This document shows positions 40,032-46,995 of a stretch of 49,817 nucleotides of DNA, piece by piece. The stretch is from the IMG/VR virus record IMGVR_UViG_3300005340_000010; one strand, given 5' to 3'. This DNA comes from a virus. The notes beneath the pieces are model-generated. The model was given only the letters and a program-made list of their open reading frames with translations. It ran no database searches and had not been told where the DNA came from. The stretch's first letter is position 1; the number at the start of each line of letters is the position of its first letter. Made by a program: the position numbers and the translations under genes.

Positions 40032-40208
40032 ATGAGTTACGAATCCCAGTACGAGCGCGAGGAGAACGAAATCTACGCCGCGTATGAGCGCGGAGAGATT
40101 ACGAATGCGCAGCTTCAGAAGGAATTGCGCGAGCTGCGTCTCGACTACCAAAGCGCCGCAAGAGAAGCCGCACAGGATGCCTACGATGCGGAACTGGAGC
40201 GCTGGTAA
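40032..40208 (+). CDS. Small acidic helical protein, 58 aa
   Basis: ATG 3 nt after the upstream TAG. TAATG overlap with the next ORF. Confidence 0.5.
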   Translation: MSYESQYEREENEIYAAYERGEITNAQLQKELRELRLDYQSAAREAAQDAYDAELERW

Positions 40209-40828
40209 TGTTCCTCATCTGCTCAATTGATCGCATCCTCTTTCGCTTTGATGAGGAAGTTCTCGCAATGGCCTCGCTGAGCGCCGCGCAACGCGATTAC
40301 CCGGACGCCTTTCTCGCGGAAATCATGATCCCATCATTCGTCGGACGAGGCGCCGCGATACCCGGTGAACTCGACCGCGCAATCGACGCATGGAACGCGA
40401 TGACGGAGCGGGTGAACATCCATATCGACAAGGTGCAGAATCGAGCGAGACTTGTTGCGCCCTACCGAAAGTGGAAGAAGGCAATCGGCAAACGTGACTA
40501 TCTCCTAGAGCAACTGATCGCCGACGTGGAAGTGCAACCGTACATCTGGCCGACAATCCGCTTTCCGTGGCTGTTCCGCGTCAAGGATGGAGACTTCAAT
40601 TCGGACAAGATTCATGCGCGGGCGTTCGGGAAGGCGAACGGAAACGGGCAGATAACCGAGAGGGCGTTCCTTGAGCTTTCGCGACGGGCTACGACATGGA
40701 TTCGCGAGTGCGGGAATCTTTATTCTGGCGATGGCAGCTTCGCGGAAGCCTTCGAGCGGAACGTCGGCATCAACTCGGCGCGCTACTATGAGCTACAGAA
40801 GCGCTTCAACGGCGGTGCGCCATCGTAA
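40208..40828 (+). CDS. Hypothetical protein, 206 aa (start may be 40268)
   Basis: Coupled ORF. No motif was recognised. It is one of the few candidates for an unrecognised replication function. Confidence 0.55.
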   Translation: MFLICSIDRILFRFDEEVLAMASLSAAQRDYPDAFLAEIMIPSFVGRGAAIPGELDRAIDAWNAMTERVNIHIDKVQNRARLVAPYRKWKKAIGKRDYLLEQLIADVEVQPYIWPTIRFPWLFRVKDGDFNSDKIHARAFGKANGNGQITERAFLELSRRATTWIRECGNLYSGDGSFAEAFERNVGINSARYYELQKRFNGGAPS

Positions 40829-40863
40829 ACCCCGCAAAATGCGAACTCTGCCAAAGGCCAGCT

Positions 40864-41034
40864 ATGTTCGACGACATTCTCTGCGGTAAGTGCCTCGCGT
40901 CGTTTGATCCGACCAGTGGCGCAAGCCGTATCGCGGCGGAGGCGATTGATCCGTCAGCCAGAAACATGGCGGCGGCGGAGTGGATCGTGGACACGTACGG
41001 GCCGGTGTTCGCGGCGAGGTTCGGCAAGGAATGA
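40864..41034 (+). CDS. Hypothetical protein, 56 aa
   Basis: ATGA overlap with the rusA start. Below the ORF-track cut-off. Confidence 0.4.
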   Translation: MFDDILCGKCLASFDPTSGASRIAAEAIDPSARNMAAAEWIVDTYGPVFAARFGKE

Positions 41035-41489
41035 GAATCGTCGTCCACGGAACTCCCGCCCCGCAAGGCTCGAAGAAGTTCGTCGGCATGCGCGCTGGAC
41101 ACGCGGTCCTCGTCGAGTCGTCGAAGAAGGTAGGACCGTGGCGAAAAGCCGTGAAAGACGCAGCAACGACGGCTATGCGATGGGATCAGCCGGGCGCCGA
41201 AATTCCGTCGTTCTCAGGCCCGCTGCGCGTCTGGATGACGTTCTACCTCGTCCGCCCGAAGAATCACTACCGCGACGGGAAGTTCAGCCACCTACTACGC
41301 GACGATGCGCCGATCCATCCAACCGTTTACCCCGACGTGTCGAAACTGGCGCGCTCCACCGAGGACGCGCTGACCGATGCGGGTGTTTGGTTCGACGATG
41401 CGCAGGTGGTCGCATACGCCATCCTTGAAAAGAGATACGCGACGGCGGAGAACGCTCCGGGCGCGGTAATCACGATCGAGAAGTTCTAA
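41031..41489 (+). CDS. rusA: RusA-family Holliday junction resolvase, 152 aa
   Basis: MRIVVHGTPAPQGSKK... and PDVSKLARSTEDALTDAGVWFDDAQV match RusA signatures (G.P.pkgr; PD.DNl.K...Dal...g...DD.qv). Confidence 0.75.
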   Translation: MRIVVHGTPAPQGSKKFVGMRAGHAVLVESSKKVGPWRKAVKDAATTAMRWDQPGAEIPSFSGPLRVWMTFYLVRPKNHYRDGKFSHLLRDDAPIHPTVYPDVSKLARSTEDALTDAGVWFDDAQVVAYAILEKRYATAENAPGAVITIEKF

Positions 41490-41521
41490 TCGCAGTTCAA
41501 CAAAAGCAAGAGGAGAATCAA

Positions 41522-41821
41522 ATGTCAGAGCACGTAACCGAGTTGATTACCGACGAGACGAGCACGATCGCGATTCGGCGCGACCTGAATCAGGAAATCG
41601 CCGCAATCGCGATGGCGATTCTCGACAAAGAAGGCGAGCGTACGGAGTGGAACAAGCGCGCCAACACGGACCTGAAAAAGCTGAAGAAACGCCTGCTCGA
41701 AGTCGCACACGAGATCAAAGCTGGCGGTAATCAGGTGCCGTTTCAGTTCGAAGCCATGACGCAACGTGCGGCGAACGACGGCCACGACGAAGAGCATGAC
41801 GACGACGAGCAGGCGGAATAG
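41522..41821 (+). CDS. Acidic protein, 99 aa
   Basis: GAGGAGaatcaaATG start. The C-terminal tail is DGHDEEHDDDEQAE. Confidence 0.6.
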   Translation: MSEHVTELITDETSTIAIRRDLNQEIAAIAMAILDKEGERTEWNKRANTDLKKLKKRLLEVAHEIKAGGNQVPFQFEAMTQRAANDGHDEEHDDDEQAE

Positions 41822-41826
41822 CCCCG

Positions 41827-42048
41827 ATGAAATCCTCAGCCGCCGCCGATCCCAACCGTCTCCGCATCGTCGATCTGGAGCAAACGTGCGGGAACTGCGC
41901 GCGGAAAGAGTCCGCTCTGGAGCTGTCCCGCACGCTAATGCTCGCTGAGATCGAACGGCTCGAAACGGAGCTGGACCGTGCGCTCGCTGGCCTACGCCGC
42001 GATTCGCATGTGATGGACCCGAGAGAGCCGCACAGGAGGAAGGTGTAA
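41827..42048 (+). CDS. Hypothetical protein, 73 aa
   Basis: Coupled ORF. CGNC near the N-terminus, then coiled-coil-like. Confidence 0.55.
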   Translation: MKSSAAADPNRLRIVDLEQTCGNCARKESALELSRTLMLAEIERLETELDRALAGLRRDSHVMDPREPHRRKV

Positions 42049-42464
42049 TGGTTACAGCCGATCAAATCGTCGCGCACCTCATCGGCGACTACGTGCTTCA
42101 GTCGGACTGGATGGCGACGGAGAAAACGCGAAAGTCCATAGCCGCCACTGCGCATGCCCTCTGCTATTCGATCCCGTTCGCGGTGTGCCGCCCCTCATTC
42201 GAAGCATGGGCGTTCATCGTCGTGACTCACTTCGTCATCGACCGATGGCGGCTCGCGCGTTACGTGGTATGGGCGAAGAACTGGCTTGCTCCGGTTGGCT
42301 TCACATCCGATCGCGTGCCGTGGATTTGGCAGCGACCATGGCGCGATTGCGTCGGCACCGGCTACCCGCCCGACCGCCCCGTGTGGCTCGCGACATGGCT
42401 GCTCATCATCGCGGACAACACGATGCACCTGCTCTGCAACGGAATCGCGTTGAGGTGGATGTGA
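42048..42464 (+). CDS. DUF3307-like membrane protein, 138 aa
   Basis: HLIGDYVLQSDWMATEK at the N-terminus plus several hydrophobic helices fit DUF3307. Confidence 0.6.
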   Translation: MVTADQIVAHLIGDYVLQSDWMATEKTRKSIAATAHALCYSIPFAVCRPSFEAWAFIVVTHFVIDRWRLARYVVWAKNWLAPVGFTSDRVPWIWQRPWRDCVGTGYPPDRPVWLATWLLIIADNTMHLLCNGIALRWM

Positions 42465-42667
42465 GCCGCCAACTCTGCGTCGCCTGCGCCCGCTTCCCGC
42501 AACACTGGCGCTCCCTCTGTTCGATCTGCGCTACATGGATCGGCGTTGCTGGCAGGCGCCGCATCACCGAGGGCGGCGAAGTAGAGCGGCGACGGGCGAT
42601 CCGGCGGATACAGACGCACCTTGCGAGTGTTCGGTCGCCGGGGATTGAAGGAGGGCGCGTGCGATGA
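42461..42667 (+). CDS. Cys-rich basic protein, 68 aa
   Basis: GTGA overlap. CVAC...CSIC pairs. Confidence 0.45.
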   Translation: MSRQLCVACARFPQHWRSLCSICATWIGVAGRRRITEGGEVERRRAIRRIQTHLASVRSPGIEGGRVR

Positions 42668-42900
42668 GCGATCCTCGTTTCACACACAAACCGTCGCCAC
42701 CCTGCCACGTCATAACGACGTCTGGCGATTTCTACGCGGTCTATTGCCGTGGATGTCGTAACTCGTGGCCATGCCCGACCATCCTTGCATTCCGGAATCC
42801 GAAACGCCCGACACTACCACCGCACACGTTCGCGGGATTCACGCGACGTTGCGCCGAGGTCGGGTGCTACCGAGGATTGCGAGCGAGGTGTCACCAATGA
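42664..42900 (+). CDS. Cys-rich protein, 78 aa
   Basis: ATGA overlaps on both sides. Seven Cys residues. Confidence 0.5.
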   Translation: MSDPRFTHKPSPPCHVITTSGDFYAVYCRGCRNSWPCPTILAFRNPKRPTLPPHTFAGFTRRCAEVGCYRGLRARCHQ

Positions 42901-43106
42901 AGCCGGTCTACCTCGCAGCCGTCCAATCCGGCGCGCATCGCTTATACCTCTCCATCGCTGGCACATGGATCGTCCGCTCCGCATTCGAAGCTCGCAATTC
43001 GCCGCAGAAGTTGCGGACATTCGTTCACGCGGAATCGGCGAAGGGCGTTGCGGAAGAGTGGGCAGCGCGGACTGGATATGAGGCGTGCGTTGAGGAGGTG
43101 CGGTGA
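42897..43106 (+). CDS. Hypothetical protein, 69 aa
   Basis: ATGA overlap with the upstream stop. Confidence 0.5.
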   Translation: MKPVYLAAVQSGAHRLYLSIAGTWIVRSAFEARNSPQKLRTFVHAESAKGVAEEWAARTGYEACVEEVR

Positions 43107-43258
43107 TGGCCGAGCGGGAACAGAAGTGCTGGCACTGCGGAGTAATCTTCGAAAATGATGACGACGAAGTCTTCCACTTCTGTCGCGACCTTCAAGAAGA
43201 TGACGAGCGCGATTTCGACTGGAATGACTACGATGCGAATGACGGGACGGAGGGGTGA
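43106..43258 (+). CDS. Acidic zinc-ribbon-like protein, 50 aa
   Basis: TGATG overlap. CWHCG...HFC, then a D/E-rich tail. Confidence 0.45.
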   Translation: MAEREQKCWHCGVIFENDDDEVFHFCRDLQEDDERDFDWNDYDANDGTEG

Positions 43259-43437
43259 TGAAACGATGGCTCCTCGTTCATCGTGGCGACGACGGAAGGC
43301 CGCACGTCATCTATAAACCGGAAGCGTCGAAGCATGAAAGCCGCGCGTCCTGTGCTTGCGGGACGAGCATTGAGCGAGGGGTCGTTACGCATTCAGTTTT
43401 AACTAGCGCCAACAGGAAGCAAGAAAGAGGGATGTGA
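43258..43437 (+). CDS. Small H-C-C-H motif protein, 59 aa (paralogue of 22615..22836)
   Basis: See 22615..22836. Shared features are DD..PHV.Y.PE...H....C.C.......GVV.H. Confidence 0.5.
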   Translation: MKRWLLVHRGDDGRPHVIYKPEASKHESRASCACGTSIERGVVTHSVLTSANRKQERGM

Positions 43438-43766
43438 TGGAAATCGAAACGCGCGAGGGACAGAAGGGCTACGAGTGGGTTTGCCCGGCAAAATACTGCG
43501 GCGTAGAACGAACCGACTACGAAGGCAAGGATGCCCATCTGCCTCGCTGTCCGAACTGCGACAGTGACGCGGTTCCGGTTCTGCGCCCTTCAGGTTGGAT
43601 CGTGCGGTGTCTGCGGCGGAATGATCTCTGCCGCTCTGCGCGTGAATGTCGTCCATCCGATCAGCAAGACAGACACGGGCAAACGATTCGCTTTGGATCG
43701 CCGGGGTGTCTGCCTCTTAACTACGGGGTCGCGTTCCAATCGTCGGGACCACTGAAGACCGAATGA
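43437..43766 (+). CDS. Zinc-ribbon protein, 109 aa, last gene of the early-right operon
   Basis: CPAKYCG...CPNC. TGATG overlap with the upstream stop. The C-terminal half has poorer composition. Confidence 0.45.
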   Translation: MEIETREGQKGYEWVCPAKYCGVERTDYEGKDAHLPRCPNCDSDAVPVLRPSGWIVRCLRRNDLCRSARECRPSDQQDRHGQTIRFGSPGCLPLNYGVAFQSSGPLKTE

Positions 43767-43921
43767 CAAATCGGCGCGGCGACACCGACGCGCGGGCAGC
43801 CTGAATGGCAGACGGCGACTTATGGCGTCGACACCTCAAGATTGCAACAGGCCAAAGCGTTCCCGACTCTGCCGACAAGGGGCGCTCATTCGTTCGGACA
43901 ATCCGAACCGCGCCGATTACT

Positions 43922-44317
43922 TCAGGTCAGCTTCCAAGCGCGCGTATCGTCCGCGCCTTCGTCCATCACCGAAACATGCATGTGATGGTCGTGCTTACTC
44001 GCCCCGTTGTAAACCCGCCACTTCCACGGGCTGACGAGTGACGAGAAAATGCGCCCGTTCCAAATGCAGTACTTCAACCGAGAGTCTTTCCCTTTCCGTA
44101 GCGCTTCGGTCAGCACGTTCGCATCGCAGCCGCGCTTCGGGTCGTGCGTTACGTCGATCGCGTGAACGACTCCATCAGCGTCGGGATCGTGATCGGACTT
44201 GCGGGCCTGATGCGATGCGTCGCCAATCGAGCCATCCCATCCGCGCGCCCGTCCCGGCGCGAGAGTATTGATCTGATCGCGCAGGACTTCGAGGGACTTT
44301 GCGAGGCGCCAGCCCAT
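43922..44317 (-). CDS. Zn-dependent peptidoglycan peptidase-like endolysin candidate, 131 aa
   Basis: ATG 44317 forms a TGATG overlap with the holin-like ORF. SIGDASHQARKSDHDP...HAIDVTHD and C-terminal KHDHHMHVS give H/D metal-ligand motifs like M15-type cell-wall peptidases. It is the last gene of the late operon. Confidence 0.5.
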   Translation of the reverse strand: MGWRLAKSLEVLRDQINTLAPGRARGWDGSIGDASHQARKSDHDPDADGVVHAIDVTHDPKRGCDANVLTEALRKGKDSRLKYCIWNGRIFSSLVSPWKWRVYNGASKHDHHMHVSVMDEGADDTRAWKLT

Positions 44318-44460
44318 CAGTGCGGCCAGTGCTGAATGAGCAGGCCGAGCATGGCGCACGCAGCGCCCGCCCAACCGAGGCTGAACCGTGTACTCGGAAC
44401 GTTCAGCGCGGCGAGGACGAACAGGATGAAGGCGGCGACGAAGAGGATGAGGACCAACAT
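44317..44460 (-). CDS. Holin-like 2-TM membrane protein, 47 aa
   Basis: AAAGGAacgcgcgcATG start. MLVLILFVAAFILFVLAAL..NVPSTR..FSLGWAGAACAMLGLLI gives two hydrophobic helices. Below the ORF-track cut-off. Confidence 0.5.
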   Translation of the reverse strand: MLVLILFVAAFILFVLAALNVPSTRFSLGWAGAACAMLGLLIQHWPH

Positions 44461-44527
44461 GCGCGCGTTCCTTTCGGCGAGATGGGGAGCGAACGGCCTA
44501 TCAACCGCCGCTCCCGTTCGGTGGAGG

Positions 44528-44755
44528 TTAGGTGGCCGGAGGCGTGTCTGGCGCGGCAGGCGTGTTCGCAGCGACGGCGGCCGCCAGAGCCGAGGAGTTC
44601 TGCTTGAGCTGCGCGCTCAGCGCAGTCAGCGCGGCGGGATCGTTCTTGGCGGCGTCGATCTTTGCAGCCAGACCATTGATGAGGGTGATGGCCGACTGAT
44701 CGACCGAGGTGTCGTCGGCAACTGCTTGGGTGAGGGCGTCGAGTTCTTGGCTCAT
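44528..44755 (-). CDS. Small helical protein, 75 aa (may extend to ATG 44878)
   Basis: MSQELDALTQAVADD... has coiled-coil-like composition. The upstream extension is Cys/Arg-rich with a poor RBS. Confidence 0.45.
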   Translation of the reverse strand: MSQELDALTQAVADDTSVDQSAITLINGLAAKIDAAKNDPAALTALSAQLKQNSSALAAAVAANTPAAPDTPPAT

Positions 44756-44955
44756 GATGTATTCGTTCCTTTCGATGTGGGTGAGTTTGTGAAGGATGAG
44801 AGCAAGCGTGTCGTCGATCCGATCGAACCGGCAGTCCGGGATGGAACAGTTGGCGCGTTCGTGTCGGCGGCATTTCATGGGAGGGATGATACTCCTGAAC
44901 GGGGAGGGATGCGGTTTCGGTGCCGCGTCGAGCAGTCAAGTCCCGCCGCGTTGGT

Positions 44956-45594
44956 TTAGACGCTTGCCGGTACTGAATGATCGGTCGCGAACGGGAACGC
45001 CGGGATGCACTGCGAAGGTTCGTTCGTCGGCGTCAGTCGAACGGTCGCAACCTCGGCCCATTCACGTACAGCATCGTAATGTTCCGTCCACATCGCTGCG
45101 TGAACGAGGTCTTTCACGGCTTTGTTCTGCTGTGGGTCGGAGATTGCCGCATCGACGATCGTCTTGATTCGACCGGTGAGATGTTGCGTGTAGTCGCGAA
45201 CCTCGCGCAGGGCCATCGTGCGGAAGGTGTAGGCGCTGGATGGTAATGCGACTCCCTGTAGCGGCGGCTTTGCTTCGATGCGCGACACTTCGACGCCCTG
45301 CGGATCACTGACCCCAAGCTCTTCTTCCATCGCGAGCACACAATCTTCAACTCCACGATCGTATTCAGGTGACGGATTCTCGCCGGGAAAATTGCGGCTG
45401 CCCTTCAGGTCTCGCATACTGCGAGCGAGACCGACGATGACCCGCACCATCTCTTCCGTGCGATTGCGCAGAAAGTCGATGCTCGGGGTGAGGAGTTCGT
45501 TGTTGCCGACGAACCTAGCGCGCCCTACGCCCTCATGAAAACACGAACCGAGAATGGGATTGATTTTGGACTTCACGAATTCGGATGGTTCCAT
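44956..45594 (-). CDS. Hypothetical protein, 212 aa
   Basis: AGGAGagaaagATG start. Confidence 0.6.
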   Translation of the reverse strand: MEPSEFVKSKINPILGSCFHEGVGRARFVGNNELLTPSIDFLRNRTEEMVRVIVGLARSMRDLKGSRNFPGENPSPEYDRGVEDCVLAMEEELGVSDPQGVEVSRIEAKPPLQGVALPSSAYTFRTMALREVRDYTQHLTGRIKTIVDAAISDPQQNKAVKDLVHAAMWTEHYDAVREWAEVATVRLTPTNEPSQCIPAFPFATDHSVPASV

Positions 45595-45605
45595 CTTTCT
45601 CTCCT

Positions 45606-45638
45606 GACTTGACTGGTTACGGCGACGGGACTTGACTG
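45606..45638. repeat. Two copies of GACTTGACTG with a 23-bp period, in the gap upstream of 44956..45594
   Basis: Exact 10-mers at 45606..45615 and 45629..45638. The first abuts the SD of the downstream gene. Confidence 0.6.
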
Positions 45639-45681
45639 AGGACAGGATACACCCGAATCGCGTTACTCTTTCGGCGCCGTG

Positions 45682-46050
45682 TTACCGCCGTTCCGGTATC
45701 TGTTCGATATGCGACCGCTCTGCCTCGGTGCGATCGTTCGGCGCAATCTGCCCGATCCGTCTGCTCTCGTTTGCGTCGGACTGCTCGCCGAGTTTCAGCG
45801 CGTTGCCGGTCTTCACTTCCTGATGCACCTGCTCGACGGCAGCCATGATCGTGTCCCGCCCTGCTGTCGCACGCTGCACCTCGACGAGGTTCTGGACGTG
45901 CTCGCGATGACTGATGAATCCGCGCACAACGGTGGCCGCCACCGGGACAAGCGACACGATCAAAGCCATGATGATGTGCTCGGCGGGTGCTGCCCACCAC
46001 GGGGCGATTGGAGCCGTTGCGATGACGATCGCGATGACGAGTAAGGTCAT
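45682..46050 (-). CDS. 2-TM membrane protein with a charged helical C-terminus, 122 aa
   Basis: LLVIAIVIATAPIAPWW and IIMALIVSLVPVAATVV are hydrophobic helices. Confidence 0.6.
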   Translation of the reverse strand: MTLLVIAIVIATAPIAPWWAAPAEHIIMALIVSLVPVAATVVRGFISHREHVQNLVEVQRATAGRDTIMAAVEQVHQEVKTGNALKLGEQSDANESRRIGQIAPNDRTEAERSHIEQIPERR

Positions 46051-46054
46051 TCGT

Positions 46055-46396
46055 CTACGTCGGCATCTTCCCGGCGGCGAGGTCGGCGCAGGCTTTCCAG
46101 ATAGCGGTGGTCCATTCGTTCATCTGCGCAACCTTGTTCGCGATATCGCCAGAGGGACCGTTCTCGCTGGTCCACTGCATCAGCAATTGCGCCTGCTCGC
46201 AGCCCTCCCAATCGCCATCGACCTTCACCGAAACGCCGACAGCCGCCAACATCTTCGAATAGGCGGCGGCGACTTCGCCGAGATGCGTTGCTGCGACCCG
46301 GAGCGGATGCCAGCCAGAGCGGGCGGCCAACACTGGCGCGAGCGCGGCGATGAAGCCGCCGTTGTTGAGGATCTTCTTTACGCTCGGATCAATCAT
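46055..46396 (-). CDS. Hypothetical protein, 113 aa
   Basis: Coupled ORF (ATGA with the upstream gene). Confidence 0.55.
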   Translation of the reverse strand: MIDPSVKKILNNGGFIAALAPVLAARSGWHPLRVAATHLGEVAAAYSKMLAAVGVSVKVDGDWEGCEQAQLLMQWTSENGPSGDIANKVAQMNEWTTAIWKACADLAAGKMPT

Positions 46397-46800
46397 TGCT
46401 GTCCTCCAAATTTCGGGGGGTCTGGAACATTCGGGGCGGGAATGCCACGTTGCCTCAGCGTCGTGACAATCTCGGTCATCTTGGTGTTCATGTTGAGATT
46501 GTATGCGCTTTGGTCGCGAAGATCAGATCGCGTTTCTTTCTGCGCATCTTTCAGGTAGCTGATGTCTTTACCCTGCTCGGTGAAAGTCCTGATCTGTGTA
46601 TCGTTGAGCCTCTGAAGGTCGGTGTGCAGGTCGCTGAGTTGCCGCGACACATAGCCGCCGATGATGCCGCAGATTGCGAGTAGAAGGCCGAGGATCGAAA
46701 CCCACAATCCAGGATTCTGCCAGACGCTTGGCCTGTCGCTTTCTCTACGACCGGGACCGTTGCGCTCAATCCTTTCGTCACGCTCCTCGCGCTCTTCCAT
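46393..46800 (-). CDS. Single-TM (N-in) membrane protein with a coiled-coil ectodomain, 135 aa
   Basis: GGAGGGtaatgcATG start. Charged N-terminus, TM segment LWVSILGLLLAICGIIGGYV, then a helical region. The topology resembles an i-spanin, but no partner lipoprotein lies nearby. Confidence 0.55.
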   Translation of the reverse strand: MEEREERDERIERNGPGRRESDRPSVWQNPGLWVSILGLLLAICGIIGGYVSRQLSDLHTDLQRLNDTQIRTFTEQGKDISYLKDAQKETRSDLRDQSAYNLNMNTKMTEIVTTLRQRGIPAPNVPDPPKFGGQQ

Positions 46801-46839
46801 GCATTACCCTCCGTTGTGGGACATAGTGCCATAGAAATC

Positions 46840-46995
46840 TCAGCCAGCCTGCCCCGACTTCTTGTTGATGAAGAGCAGTCGCCCTCCCGGTTTGATGCGC
46901 TTCGCCTTTTCCATCGCAGCCAGCCATGCTTTGATCGAAGTGTCGAAGGTGCCGCTGCCTTTTGGTGGCCCGTTCTGATCCTGCGCCGCCATCAT
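46840..46995 (-). CDS. Small basic protein, 51 aa
   Basis: ATGA overlap with the stop of 46992..49085. Below the ORF-track cut-off. Confidence 0.4.
   Translation of the reverse strand: MMAAQDQNGPPKGSGTFDTSIKAWLAAMEKAKRIKPGGRLLFINKKSGQAG

Noticed and set aside
43767-43921. A bidirectional intrinsic terminator between the convergent early-right and late operons (for example the hairpin GTTCGGA-caa-TCCGAAC at 43892..43908).
   Set aside because: The stem is short, the loop is only 3 nt, and no U-tract follows on either strand. It is not strong enough to call. Termination here remains unexplained.
44403-44939. Tracked 178-aa minus-strand ORF covering the holin-like ORF and small-protein region.
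   Set aside because: Its composition is Arg/Ser/Pro-rich. It overlaps, in another frame, the better-supported 47-aa membrane ORF (RBS, coupling to the endolysin) and the 75-aa helical ORF.
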